Virus record (IMG/VR): IMGVR_UViG_3300029891_000001
Span: 32,001 to 96,000 of that record
DNA: 64,000 bases
Direction: 5' to 3' (one strand)
Source: a virus
The position numbers and the translations under genes are program-made. How positions within the stretch are numbered: the stretch's first letter is position 1; every line of letters begins with the position of its first letter. The notes beneath the pieces were generated by a model. It was not told the DNA's origin. It did no database searches and saw only the letters and a program-made list of their open reading frames with translations. Positions 29,201 to 38,682 of the stretch are shown piece by piece.

Positions 29201-31911
29201 GAAGTATTTAATCCTCCAAAAGTAGCCTTAGCTAAATCTCTCCAATTTTTAGAACTAGAGAGTGCATCCTCAGAGAACTTTTCCATAGTTTTATTAAATG
29301 CTTTATAGGATTCGTTAGCTTCTAAAATATTTTTTATATTAGCTACAACTCCCTTCTCAGTTTCAAGATCAGCTATTCTGGATTTCAAAACCATTTCATA
29401 TGCCTTTTTTCTTTCTTCAGTAGCTTCTTTGAGAACTTTAAGTTCTTCTTTATTACTTTCTATAGTTTTTCTTACAGCTGTATCTAAAATATCATAAGCA
29501 TTTGCCTGATTAATAATTGCTTTTCTTGTTTCTGAAACTGCTTCGTTTAATTCAATAGATTGACCAGTATATACATCTAAAACCGTATTAACCTTTTTCA
29601 AAGTATCATTATAATCTTTTGTACCAATACCCAAATCATTGAGTTGTTTAATATAATCCTTAACAATAGATAAATTTTTATCATAAATATCATTTTGACT
29701 TTCTAAACTTTTTACTTCTCTTTCTGTAGTCAATAATCTTTCTTTGGCACTTTCCCCGATTTCATTGTAATCAGTTATTTGTCTTCTAGATTTTTTGCCA
29801 AATAATGCCCAAAGACCAACAAGAACACCAACTGCTAAAGCAACTCCACTTAAAATTCCAGCATAAGTAGCCATAGATGCTGACAACCCCGTTAAAGTAG
29901 CCCCCTGTTTAGAAAGAAAAGAATTAGTAATAGCCACAGAAGAAGCTAAGGATTTTTGTGAAGCAGCCGCCCCCAAAGAACTGAAAGTCATATTAGTAAG
30001 AGCTTTTCCAATAATCTTTAATAAAAATTCTAATGAAATAAAAACTCCTTTAACAACTAAAAAAACACCAAGAAAAGTAGCGAATGCACCTACTATACCA
30101 CCAAAAATAGTTTTTAGCGGTTTAAGAAAATTCAAAAATTTATTAAAAATACTTACCATATTAGTTATTGGAACAAGTAAGGTACTACCAATTCTTTCTC
30201 CAAATTCTGATATAACTACTTTAAAACTTTCCCAAGATTTAGCAATAGTTTCTACTTCTAATTGATTAGCCCTTAATGCTTCTGTAGAAGCTTTTTGTGC
30301 CGTTATAACAGATTTTTGTTTAACTGCATAATTATCCATTAAAGCAACAAAATCAGAATATCTTCTTATTCCTCCTAAAGTAACAGCAATATTAGCTTTT
30401 GTAACATCATCTAAAGTTCCCCATTTCACAGATAAATCATCTAATATATCATCTAAATCTCTGAAAGTATAAGCATTTTGTAACACAGCTATATTAATAC
30501 CTTCAAATACGTCTATAACTTCTTTTCTTGGTAACCTGGCGAACATAGTCTTTAATGACTGTCCAATAGCAGTACCACTTTTTCTAGTTACAGCATTGAT
30601 AGCGGAAACATAACCAGTTAAATCATCAATATCGACACCAACAACTCTAGCTGCTGCACCAACAATCTTCATAGCATTGGCTAAATCTTTGGCTTCTACT
30701 GGAAAAGCAGCTTGTACTGCCATCCATTTAGCAATAACTTGTGTAGATTCTTCTATAGCTACACCATAAGTAAAAATCGCAGAAGTAAGAGCTTCTGTAA
30801 CTTCTTTTGCATCCATTTCAATCGCGTTAACACCCAACAAAGTAGCTTTAGTAGTTTCTAAGGTTTGAGATACATTAAGTCCCATCTGTGCCCATACTTG
30901 CATTGATCTGCCAACTTCTAGAGCAGATACAGAATATTGATACCCAAGTTCATAAGCACTATCTTTAAGTTCTTTGTTGGCATCTACTGTTTCTGGCAAA
31001 ACCTTATTAAGTCTTGCCATAACCAATTCCATATCAGTAAATACTTTCATAGAATCACGAAGAGCTTCGATAGCACCACGCATAGCATAAAAAGCTACAC
31101 GATATCTAATAAGTTTAGATATGGCAATTCCAATTCTATCATTTATTTGTTCTTGTTCTTTTGCAAGCTTTTCTTTTTCTACTCTAGCTTCTTTTTCTCG
31201 TTTGGTAGTATCTATAATACTGTCACGATAATTATTTACAGAATTAAAAGCTATATCCCATTCTTTATAAATACCCTCTCCAGCCGCCGTAGAACGAAGT
31301 TTCATATTGCCTTGGTCTTGTTGTATCCCACTTATTGTAATATAATTATTAATATCTTTTTGTACTTGTCTGATCCTATCAACAATTTTTAATCTTTCTT
31401 GATCTGTTTTAACGTTTTTATATAAAACTTGAGCATAATCTTTTGTAGCATTGAGAATTTGAGTAGCCATTACTAATTGATTACGATAAAGAGTCTGCGA
31501 TTGCATTAATCTGTCTATAATACTTTTAGGGAATATTCTGTCTCCACCAGTATCGGCAGACATTTTCATATATTCTCTAAGTTCTTTTGCTTTATCTACT
31601 ATTTCAGAAATAGTCTTTTTATCTAATTGTTCCGAAAATGTTGATCTGGCACCATGAATAGCAGCAGTGGCTTCTTTCTTGGGCATAGATCTTTCCCAAT
31701 CGCCAAAATAATTCTTTATTCGTGTACCAAAATTTTGAGCAACATCTCCAGTCTGAATCATTTTATTTATAACATTGTCAAAAGATTTTCTAGTATCTTT
31801 GTCCATCTCAGAAATAGCTTCTCTGACAATATTACAAGAACGAGTTGGCTTATCGCTATTAATAGCATCCCAAATTAAATTTATACCAACATCAAATGAT
31901 TCTGCTGCCAT
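26290..31911 (-). CDS. Tape measure protein (TP901-type core) with lytic transglycosylase (SLT) domain
   Basis: 1873 aa, mostly helical; TP901-like TRKSGTAIGQSLKTMFARL; SLT motifs KRESNF, GARGLMQLMP, AAYNAGPG, ETQEYV. Confidence 0.92.
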   Translation of the reverse strand: MAAESFDVGINLIWDAINSDKPTRSCNIVREAISEMDKDTRKSFDNVINKMIQTGDVAQNFGTRIKNYFGDWERSMPKKEATAAIHGARSTFSEQLDKKTISEIVDKAKELREYMKMSADTGGDRIFPKSIIDRLMQSQTLYRNQLVMATQILNATKDYAQVLYKNVKTDQERLKIVDRIRQVQKDINNYITISGIQQDQGNMKLRSTAAGEGIYKEWDIAFNSVNNYRDSIIDTTKREKEARVEKEKLAKEQEQINDRIGIAISKLIRYRVAFYAMRGAIEALRDSMKVFTDMELVMARLNKVLPETVDANKELKDSAYELGYQYSVSALEVGRSMQVWAQMGLNVSQTLETTKATLLGVNAIEMDAKEVTEALTSAIFTYGVAIEESTQVIAKWMAVQAAFPVEAKDLANAMKIVGAAARVVGVDIDDLTGYVSAINAVTRKSGTAIGQSLKTMFARLPRKEVIDVFEGINIAVLQNAYTFRDLDDILDDLSVKWGTLDDVTKANIAVTLGGIRRYSDFVALMDNYAVKQKSVITAQKASTEALRANQLEVETIAKSWESFKVVISEFGERIGSTLLVPITNMVSIFNKFLNFLKPLKTIFGGIVGAFATFLGVFLVVKGVFISLEFLLKIIGKALTNMTFSSLGAAASQKSLASSVAITNSFLSKQGATLTGLSASMATYAGILSGVALAVGVLVGLWALFGKKSRRQITDYNEIGESAKERLLTTEREVKSLESQNDIYDKNLSIVKDYIKQLNDLGIGTKDYNDTLKKVNTVLDVYTGQSIELNEAVSETRKAIINQANAYDILDTAVRKTIESNKEELKVLKEATEERKKAYEMVLKSRIADLETEKGVVANIKNILEANESYKAFNKTMEKFSEDALSSSKNWRDLAKATFGGLNTSKIGEYTYSLKKSKRSFTDLFGEDSMDILTKFQLNLSSIKMKSNLVIEEIEKMFDKMEDEKQITKEQKEEFLGFIDSEKITGKLNAVINTYIDLLMVLEKEPDKSKIPSMFVEFTTKMVNEAALNVRNSIAGIFGKITLKDTEIRSDITKLQDEIVSLFEIEPLGDKEWKIGQAPSKEIIAIQDKIKGLKESAKDLYNQFIKLQKTSPFGTGVADQLEFFGKESIDQLKTALEIQIEIGNTIDDLTKKQSLYNETITKLKDDTSDEEMKKFLLDYPELYEKIATDRENSIDSLDRELIIIQSSLQALSSERKIIKELANLTYNLTQEEKKRNNLLKERFLETQNISGLEYIVLRGLEFTSNIYEKLSRKASVREKLEKELINTQYDMETSLANQMDATEKFQAVLKANESKFKSMVKLLEKMSNIRLSKIFDSMNYGIDTFRKSVKDVISSIPENIETGSEKRYELNRDLADAEKELQEARRDGDRNAIQDAEYRLKVVRNELNYYKAGIYEIKQIFNKLFDSVGKAYWDKLASRFAESLSNISIGTSTLGQEFAQIFEKSTGGFIGDYTEALKAEHVRFLTEYWRMLNDFLTTQREIMMARKQEDASGLGYKYIGKEITSEFDDIIKEASKTYDVPEAIIKGIIKRESNFDPRAGSSVGARGLMQLMPKTAVDLGVDNRLDPYQNIMGGTKYFKEQYDKYKNLELALAAYNAGPGRVDEYGGIPPFKETQEYVKAIMESLEKQMSDVPSRQMSSYAMSLMDTFSDLDSVVGSSAEKVEEGFEKVKTELSEGAKALRSGLAIAAASLGQAITAGLFEGNTSALKGASFGGMFGPAGLEATLGKSLFESLGIFGGPLGILGGSLIGGLFGSLFGKGKEPEKPSSISLDENTRAIERNTLALEQLDQAIFNAPTRYNIPAFSGQFGTGNQVNITINGNNSNPDEIATAVIKTIENNINFGLAVGRTRGYNVI

Positions 31912-31919
31912 CTTAACTC

Positions 31920-32183
31920 CTAATTAACATTATAGACTTCTTTAGATCCATGTTTACGTTCTTTGTCTTTTTGTTTTTCTTTAAAAACTTTTCTCTCAAC
32001 AAATTCATCCATTAATGGGTTATATTTTATAATATGTTTGGCTGGTCTTTCTTCTTCGTCTAAAGAATAAACATTATGGTTATAAAATTTAATCCAATAT
32101 ATAAAATTCTTTTCATTCGTACCATATTCAATAGCTGCCTTATCAAATATCGGTACATGCATATCTAAAGAAATTATATACAT
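31920..32183 (-). CDS. Tail assembly chaperone, downstream (T-like) part; frame open from 32252, probably expressed by -1 frameshift
   Basis: Located between chaperone and tape measure; frame overlaps the upstream gene end in -1 and reads KEIRELAKDIEYQRMY... Confidence 0.6.
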   Translation of the reverse strand: MYIISLDMHVPIFDKAAIEYGTNEKNFIYWIKFYNHNVYSLDEEERPAKHIIKYNPLMDEFVERKVFKEKQKDKERKHGSKEVYNVN

Positions 32184-32206
32184 TCTTTGATACTCGATAT
32201 CTTTAG

Positions 32207-32974
32207 CTAACTCTCTAATTTCTTTACCTCCCCAACAAGTTGAAAAATCTTGTTAGGGAGGTCGTGAATTATCTCCTGTGATAAACCCATCCAATATGAA
32301 ATAGCAGAGTTCAATATAATGCGAACGTTGTTAAGATCTTTTTCTTCTAAAAAAGAATCATAACTTTCCCAAACTCTACTCTCATCGGTGAATTTAACAC
32401 AAAGAGACAATTTCATTCTTAATTGTTCCTCTTCTGCTTTACTTTCTATGGTATTGGTTAATAAACTTTCTCTCTTACTGATTTTATCTCTTATCTTTTT
32501 TTCTATAGTGTACCAATCATCTTTTAATTTATTAAATAAAGTAATATTTTTACTTTTAAGTTGTTCGGCTAATTTAAGATTCTTATTCTCTTTAGCAATA
32601 TCTACATTACTTTTTAATTTAGCTACAGAAAATTCAACTTCTTTTCTTTCTTCTTGTAAATTATCTAATTCGTCTTCATCTTTCTGAGACCAAACTCCCC
32701 TTTCTGATAACTTCTGAAGCATTTCTTCTCTTAACAAAAACCCCTTATTAAAATACTCATTGAACTTATTAGAATAAAAATCAGTATAAATAGCTTCTTC
32801 TTTAACAGATGGATTAAAAATATGAATTTCTACATCCTCTTTTTCTTTAAATTTCTTTAATTTTAAAACCCTATACCCAGATTTCAATTCAGCTTCAGCT
32901 TGTTTAACCCAACTGTCTGGAATAGGGTCACTAAGTTTGGGATTTACTTCTTCAATCTTTCTATCTTCTGCCAT
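32207..32974 (-). CDS. Tail assembly chaperone (G-like)
   Basis: Position between tail tube and tape measure; charged helical protein; AAAGGA SD. Confidence 0.65.
   Translation of the reverse strand: MAEDRKIEEVNPKLSDPIPDSWVKQAEAELKSGYRVLKLKKFKEKEDVEIHIFNPSVKEEAIYTDFYSNKFNEYFNKGFLLREEMLQKLSERGVWSQKDEDELDNLQEERKEVEFSVAKLKSNVDIAKENKNLKLAEQLKSKNITLFNKLKDDWYTIEKKIRDKISKRESLLTNTIESKAEEEQLRMKLSLCVKFTDESRVWESYDSFLEEKDLNNVRIILNSAISYWMGLSQEIIHDLPNKIFQLVGEVKKLES
32226..32262 (-). promoter_or_regulatory. 14-bp mRNA hairpin at the chaperone gene end, containing an SD-like GGGGAGGU
   Basis: ACCUCCCUAACAAG-AUUUUUCAA-CUUGUUGGGGAGGU, one G-U pair. Confidence 0.7.
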
Positions 32975-32993
32975 TTTCTTTCCTTTCTATGTA

Positions 32994-33020
32994 TGAAAAT
33001 GGGAGGCAAGCCCCCCATTT
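32994..33020 (-). terminator. Probable intrinsic terminator/attenuator after the tail tube gene
   Basis: AAAUGGGGGG-CUUG-CCUCCCAUUUUCA: GC-rich stem, CUUG tetraloop, short U run. Confidence 0.6.
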
Positions 33021-33057
33021 ATTAAATAGCCCTTGCCCACTATCTCTTTTATTATGG

Positions 33058-33077
33058 AGCGAGGATTTCTCCTCGCT
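33058..33077 (-). promoter_or_regulatory. GNRA-capped hairpin after the tail tube stop
   Basis: AGCGAGGA-GAAA-UCCUCGCU, perfect 8-bp stem, no U tract. Confidence 0.65.
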
Positions 33078-33099
33078 TAAAGCATTATTGCTTAATCAC

Positions 33100-34545
33100 T
33101 TACAACGCACCAAACCAGCCTCCGGTTACGTTCACGCCACTTCCATAAATATTAACATTGTCTGCTAAAAATGATATTTCATGAGTAGCATTAGCCCCAA
33201 CATTAACGCTAAAGTTTTCACTTTGGACTGACATTTTATTAATATCAATAGTCTTCAATAATGTAGCTTGAGTCTTATCAGCATATACCATCAACTTTAA
33301 AGAATTATAATCATTAAAATCATTAAGAGTAATTTCTTTTTCAGTAGCTTCTGAAGTAGAACCTAACATAGCAAAATACTGCAAATCAGAATCAGTAAAA
33401 CTGCAATTAACAGTAACGGGAACCGGGGTATTTTTAGAAATCCCATAAAACCCATGTTTCCCAAGTTCAAATAACTGTTCTTCTGACAAAGCGACATCAA
33501 TAGAAACACTCTGTAATCTTAAAGCTTTTCCTGAAGAAGTATAAGTAGTTCTACCAGCAGGCCCCTGAGTATTCCAAAGATAAGCAACAACTTGACCCCT
33601 TCTAACAACACCAATAGCACCAGAAGTAGATTCTAACTCATATCCAGGATTCCAATTGCTAACAGCAGTAGCTTCCCAAGTAGCCGCATAAGTTATAGGA
33701 GCGTATATAATAGTTGCCCTATCTAAACTATTAGAAGCAGTAGAAACAAAAGGAGTTGACAAGGGGGGAGTACCTCTATAATAAAGAGAAAATGAGCTAG
33801 CAGCTTGACCATCACTAACTGCTGGATTATCTGAAGTACATTCCCACATAGTGTTGCTCATATAAGCAATTTCGCTATTAAAAGCAACTGCAACTACAGT
33901 AGAACCAGAAGGAATAGAAGACCCAAGATTAATAAAAGCTATACTAGTAGCTTCATAAGTCCTTCTAATTTGAGAAGTCTCACATTTATAAGCTCTTACA
34001 TCTTTATACTGATTAGCATACCAAGTTTTATTGTCTGCAACTAAAGTATAATTTTCTGCAGCATTACCATTAACATCATAAGATAATGAGAATCCAGTTA
34101 CAGCACAATGATTTAACCACATCGTTCTTGCAGCAGCAGTGCCGTCTTGATTAATAGTAACTAACAAACTAGAATAACCATTAAGTAAATCTAGTTCATC
34201 GATATTTCTATAAGCAGCATTAGAAGAAGCAGCTCTAATATAATATTTCATACCATAATCAGCATGATTCCTAGGGCCAGCTTCTGGACTTTTTCCAGAA
34301 ACATAAGTAAACATTTTATCAGTAAGTAAAGCTAAGGTATCAGTAGATCCAACGTCATTAGTATCTAATGTAACATTAACAGTTGGAGTACCATCAATCC
34401 ATTCGACAGCCCCAGAATTAGCTAATTCTAAAGACTGTTCTTTTGGAGTGTCTGTATTAACAGTAACAGTTTGAATCCTCTTTGTTACGATACCATCTAT
34501 GGCTACAGATACATGACTATATCTAATTTTTTCCGGTTTAGACAC
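33100..34545 (-). CDS. Major tail tube protein
   Basis: GTG start with AAGGAGG SD; duplicated tube-like motifs (RIQTVTVN..ELAN / RLQSVSID..FELG); upstream of chaperones and tape measure. Confidence 0.75.
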   Translation of the reverse strand: MSKPEKIRYSHVSVAIDGIVTKRIQTVTVNTDTPKEQSLELANSGAVEWIDGTPTVNVTLDTNDVGSTDTLALLTDKMFTYVSGKSPEAGPRNHADYGMKYYIRAASSNAAYRNIDELDLLNGYSSLLVTINQDGTAAARTMWLNHCAVTGFSLSYDVNGNAAENYTLVADNKTWYANQYKDVRAYKCETSQIRRTYEATSIAFINLGSSIPSGSTVVAVAFNSEIAYMSNTMWECTSDNPAVSDGQAASSFSLYYRGTPPLSTPFVSTASNSLDRATIIYAPITYAATWEATAVSNWNPGYELESTSGAIGVVRRGQVVAYLWNTQGPAGRTTYTSSGKALRLQSVSIDVALSEEQLFELGKHGFYGISKNTPVPVTVNCSFTDSDLQYFAMLGSTSEATEKEITLNDFNDYNSLKLMVYADKTQATLLKTIDINKMSVQSENFSVNVGANATHEISFLADNVNIYGSGVNVTGGWFGAL

Positions 34546-34557
34546 AATTAACCTCCT

Positions 34558-35052
34558 TTATAAATTAGGTAAATTTAATATCCCATCAATTAAAGTGTGA
34601 TACTTTTCACCCTTAATATTCGTATTCTCTGGAGGGGCTATTAATTGAACGCTTATTCCCTCGCAGTACATCTCACCTATTCTAGTTATTCCTCTATAAT
34701 CACCGATAGACGCTGGAAATCCTTCATTGAAATCATATAGCGGAATAATTTTTTCATTTAACGCTTCATATAAAACATAACTTAAACTATCTCTTTGCAC
34801 TTTAGAATTTGCAAAAAGATCACAAAATATACTTGCTATGGGCCATTCCCCACTTCCTATTTCTACTGGAACACCTGAAAAATTATCAACTTCTACAGAA
34901 AGCGTAGGCCAAGAATCAGTATTATTTCTATCAATCATATCGCTAGGATAAGCATCAATAACATTAGCTGAACTTAATCCATTATTTACAAAAATTTCTT
35001 TCAAATAATAAGTCAAATTATCTGCCGCTAATCTGAATAATTTCATCTCCAT
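34558..35052 (-). CDS. Tail terminator/completion protein
   Basis: PTLSVE..G.PVEIGS..DLFANSKVQRDSL pattern; immediately upstream of the tail tube. Confidence 0.6.
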   Translation of the reverse strand: MEMKLFRLAADNLTYYLKEIFVNNGLSSANVIDAYPSDMIDRNNTDSWPTLSVEVDNFSGVPVEIGSGEWPIASIFCDLFANSKVQRDSLSYVLYEALNEKIIPLYDFNEGFPASIGDYRGITRIGEMYCEGISVQLIAPPENTNIKGEKYHTLIDGILNLPNL

Positions 35053-35810
35053 TATTTAGCTGCCTGTCTATATGGTCTTAAACTTTCTCTTAATCTTTGC
35101 TTTAATATAATCATCCCTTGTTTTCTGAGCCAATGCAATCCATAAGCGATAAATCTTCTACCTCTCCAAGCTCCATGATATATATCTAATTCATATAATT
35201 CAGCTGCTTTTTTATTTTCAGTATTTCTATTTTTCAAAAATCTATTATAAGCAGAACTATATGAACCAATTCTTTGTTGTCTTTCATTATAGTTTCCTCT
35301 AGAACGATCTCTTTTTCTAATTGGAGTCAAAGACCCCCTTATCCCATAACTGTTTAAAAATCTACCTTTAGGGTTATATTTCCAAACATAATTTTGAACA
35401 AAACTAAAACTATTATATCCCCATTCTTGAGATCTCCAATATGAATATCCTCTTTTAGAAACAACTTGATCTAATATAGTTTCATCTAAAATTTTAATCC
35501 TAAAAGAATCTTTGCCAACTGGTATTAATATAATAGACTGTTTTGCTATGGCAGATTCTAATCTCCCTGTTCCTCTGCTACTACTTCTACTGCTTTGCCT
35601 TTTTTTTGTAGCATTTCTTTTATTATATGCCCGATATCTAGCTAACATATTGTCTTTTGCTTGTGTAGCTAACTGCATAGCTAAATATTTTACACTACTT
35701 TTGCTGTCTCCCCTAATAACTTCCTGAAGTTGATTACTATATCCTTGTAAATCAGATAAATTATAGGTTAAACCTATCTTTCTTATAGTTTTACGTACTC
35801 TTATCGGCAT
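35052..35810 (-). CDS. Basic neck/tail-completion protein (HK97 gp10-like position)
   Basis: Arg/Lys-rich; RGTGRLESAI, YWRSQEWG, HGAWRGRRFI. Confidence 0.5.
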   Translation of the reverse strand: MPIRVRKTIRKIGLTYNLSDLQGYSNQLQEVIRGDSKSSVKYLAMQLATQAKDNMLARYRAYNKRNATKKRQSSRSSSRGTGRLESAIAKQSIILIPVGKDSFRIKILDETILDQVVSKRGYSYWRSQEWGYNSFSFVQNYVWKYNPKGRFLNSYGIRGSLTPIRKRDRSRGNYNERQQRIGSYSSAYNRFLKNRNTENKKAAELYELDIYHGAWRGRRFIAYGLHWLRKQGMIILKQRLRESLRPYRQAAK

Positions 35811-36063
35811 CTTGTATATTCGTTATAACCTTACAAACAGTTAAATAAAAATCATTATACCCACTTAATATAGCTCTTCTAATTTTCTTTCTCTCTTTTT
35901 CGTCACTAACATAAGCGTCTAAAACTTCTAAAGTCCTTTTTATATTTTTATTTAAGTCTTTTAATAAATAATCGGTTATTGGAACGCTAAAAGTTATTTC
36001 TTCAATATAATTATTTTTATAAGTTTTTATCTTAACTAATTTTGTTTCAACATCTTTTTCCAT
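35791..36063 (-). CDS. Hypothetical protein (likely ATG at 36063; ORF track 36096)
   Basis: ATG overlaps the upstream stop; neck region. Confidence 0.55.
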   Translation of the reverse strand: MEKDVETKLVKIKTYKNNYIEEITFSVPITDYLLKDLNKNIKRTLEVLDAYVSDEKERKKIRRAILSGYNDFYLTVCKVITNIQDADKST

Positions 36064-36536
36064 TATCTCTTTATTTCCTCTAAGTTTATGACACATATTT
36101 TTAAGGCTTCTATTCCTGTTCTAAATGTGTTTTTAACACCATAATGTTTACCATCGATATAAACATCATCAGTTTTGTCAAAATAAGAAACACCGCTAGG
36201 AGAAGAAGAATCCAATAATACATCTGGCAACCAACAAGTTAAACGAGCATCTCCTTCTGGGTAAAAATTTATCTTCCGTTGACTAAAATCTAAAAATCCC
36301 TGATTACCTAAAAATGTTTTTATAACACCTTTACAAGGATAAGCCGTATTAGTATAATAAAAAAATGCTCCATTACAAGTAGAACAATTAGAATTAGTAG
36401 ATTCTTTAGTAATTGGATTATATCCACAAGAAGAACAATTGGCAGTAGAATTATAATAAATAGTTACATTCCTACCCCATTCATGAATGGTATTTTTTAG
36501 TTGAGTTTCATAAACTCTCACTATTCTTTTTCTCAT
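36063..36536 (-). CDS. Head-closure/stopper-like protein with CxxC..CxxC insert
   Basis: WGRNVTIY, CSSC..CSTC, IDGKHY; follows the adaptor. Confidence 0.55.
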   Translation of the reverse strand: MRKRIVRVYETQLKNTIHEWGRNVTIYYNSTANCSSCGYNPITKESTNSNCSTCNGAFFYYTNTAYPCKGVIKTFLGNQGFLDFSQRKINFYPEGDARLTCWLPDVLLDSSSPSGVSYFDKTDDVYIDGKHYGVKNTFRTGIEALKICVINLEEIKR

Positions 36537-36537
36537 T

Positions 36538-37044
36538 TTAGTACCTGCTATAAGGACTGTCTAAATCAACATCTGGATTAACTTCACTAGTCCCAATGCT
36601 ATTTCTTATAAGCCCATCTACATATGTATCTATTTCATAGCCTATTGATATATTCATTTTAACGTCATATATTAAATTATTCATTTCTTCTTTTAGCTGT
36701 TTTATATCATCTCTTCTTAATCTTAATATACCAGTTACATCAACCTTTATATCTCCAACAGATACCATTCCACCATCATATATAGCATCCATCATAGAAG
36801 ATTCTTTTAAAAATATAATAGTTTGCAATTTATATAAAGCTAATTCTGCATCGGATGGTGTTCTGGCTATAGCAACAGAATTAGTCGTTATAGCAATAAC
36901 ATTATTAAAATATATTTTTCCATTAACAAATTCAACAGCATCTTTAAAATAAAACGCTAAATCTTGATCGCTATAAATATACCTATCAATATCAGTATCG
37001 CCTATCAGTCTTCTTATAGATCTAATGTAATCCCTGGCATCCAT
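36538..37044 (-). CDS. Head-tail adaptor protein
   Basis: IRRLIGDTD..YIYSDQDL pattern; AGGAG SD; neck position. Confidence 0.6.
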   Translation of the reverse strand: MDARDYIRSIRRLIGDTDIDRYIYSDQDLAFYFKDAVEFVNGKIYFNNVIAITTNSVAIARTPSDAELALYKLQTIIFLKESSMMDAIYDGGMVSVGDIKVDVTGILRLRRDDIKQLKEEMNNLIYDVKMNISIGYEIDTYVDGLIRNSIGTSEVNPDVDLDSPYSRY

Positions 37045-37054
37045 AATCTCCTCT

Positions 37055-37429
37055 TTATGTAATATATCTTAAATTAACTACTTGAATAAGAAAACTTTCA
37101 TTTAATTTCATCACTCCCCTAACAGTATTGATAGAAACAGAAACATCTGCAATATGCATTTCATGACTAGGAAATTCTTCAGAAATAATAGCATTTTGAG
37201 TACCAGTTAAAAAATGAGAACAATATCCAGTAGCGTTAAAACTATCTAAAATAGAAGAAGCAGTAGAAATTAAATTACCATCAAATTGATTCCACAATCT
37301 CAAAATAGCAGTAGTTATGTTTGATTTAGAAATAGCGGCTCCAGATGTATCTGTTAATTGAAATTCTAATAAACAAGTACTTCCCTCATTAACTTTTTGT
37401 GATAAATATATTGGCATAATATTATCCAA
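37055..37429 (-). CDS. Beta-rich structural protein (BppU/Ig-like)
   Basis: VNEGSTCLLEFQLTDTSGAAI; all-beta character. Confidence 0.45.
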   Translation of the reverse strand: MDNIMPIYLSQKVNEGSTCLLEFQLTDTSGAAISKSNITTAILRLWNQFDGNLISTASSILDSFNATGYCSHFLTGTQNAIISEEFPSHEMHIADVSVSINTVRGVMKLNESFLIQVVNLRYIT

Positions 37430-37991
37430 TTAAATATTTTTTTATTTCTGCATTATTTGGTAAAATAGAAGAATCTGCAATGCCCTTCCTAAAAACATCG
37501 TTTCTTAAAGATATTTCTTCTGGCGATAAAGATTCTTCTTCAATACTAATATATATCCTTTTAAAAGAATTTTTTCTTATTTTCTTTTTTAATTCTTCAC
37601 TTTTTTCGTCTATTTCTTTGTATAATTGAGAAAGTTTGTCTTTTAAAATACTGGAACTTTTATTTATTTCTTTATTAAGTTCTATTTTAAGAGATTTAGA
37701 AATATCATCAATAGCTTTTAACCATCTAGAAACATCTTTCTTTCCATAACAACTTTGAGAACAAACTTTTTGTGAACCGGAACTTGTTATGCCATCTAAA
37801 TTTTGTTCTACAACAAACTTACCATCATACATAACAGCATACTCTTCAAATCCAGACAATGTTTTATAGATACCCCCACCAGAAGTTAAAGAAACAGATA
37901 TAATTTTTTCATTTTTTGGAACACTATCCCAATTTTCTACGTGTTTACCTTCTATGAGAGTTTCTCCATTCTCTAAAGATACAATAAACAT
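37422..37991 (-). CDS. Hypothetical protein
   Basis: GAGG SD; WDSVP motif plus coiled coil. Confidence 0.6.
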   Translation of the reverse strand: MFIVSLENGETLIEGKHVENWDSVPKNEKIISVSLTSGGGIYKTLSGFEEYAVMYDGKFVVEQNLDGITSSGSQKVCSQSCYGKKDVSRWLKAIDDISKSLKIELNKEINKSSSILKDKLSQLYKEIDEKSEELKKKIRKNSFKRIYISIEEESLSPEEISLRNDVFRKGIADSSILPNNAEIKKYLIG

Positions 37992-38011
37992 TTTAACCTC
38001 TCTTGAAAATA

Positions 38012-38671
38012 TTAACTACCATCTGCTTTACATATCCAAGCTTCCGCAGTTTTCTCTACACCAGAAACAGGGATATTCGCATATAAATCATTAGGAGGAG
38101 TAGAATTAGCCCTACAATGTTTAATACCTCTTGTAATAGAAGCTTCTCCACCTGCAGCACCAGTGACAGTAGACCATTTTGGGACTGCAATTGCTTGAGG
38201 TGTACAGTTATACATAAAGGCAATATTCGGGGCAGTTCCAGTATAGCTATATTCTACTTCTAAATTAAACTTCATATTATAAGAAGTTTCTACGTCACTT
38301 GGAACATCAATTACCATATTAAAAGGTGAATACTGTCCTGCTGTCATGGGAGGTCGAGCTTCAAGAACATAATAAGTAACACCAGCAATTCTATTGCTAT
38401 GGGCAGTTGAAGAAGCCCTACCGGCATTAGATAACCAATTATCTCCAGGTCTAACAGAAGCAGAAATTAAACCAACCATAGATTCCCAACTATTACCAAC
38501 AGTTCCCTTCAAAACTGGATTAGTTGTAGTGGTTAAACTATCAGTTGTAGGAAAAGTTGAGTTATTGTCATATGCTCTCCATTTCAATCTACTAGATAAA
38601 TTTTGATCTGTATAAATTGCGAATACAGAACAAAAATTTATATTTCCATAACCGCTTGCACTATCAGCCAT
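38012..38671 (-). CDS. Putative virion structural protein
   Basis: AAGGAG SD; S/T/A/G-rich beta protein in the head-neck region. Confidence 0.55.
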   Translation of the reverse strand: MADSASGYGNINFCSVFAIYTDQNLSSRLKWRAYDNNSTFPTTDSLTTTTNPVLKGTVGNSWESMVGLISASVRPGDNWLSNAGRASSTAHSNRIAGVTYYVLEARPPMTAGQYSPFNMVIDVPSDVETSYNMKFNLEVEYSYTGTAPNIAFMYNCTPQAIAVPKWSTVTGAAGGEASITRGIKHCRANSTPPNDLYANIPVSGVEKTAEAWICKADGS

Positions 38672-38682
38672 CTTTTAACTCC

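Noticed and set aside
32975-33099. tRNA or known ncRNA in the structured spacer
   Set aside because: No cloverleaf, T-loop GTTC or CCA end; kept only as regulatory hairpins
33100-34545. Contractile tail sheath
   Set aside because: No sheath motifs or baseplate wedge genes recognised; position before the chaperones and tape measure fits a tube protein
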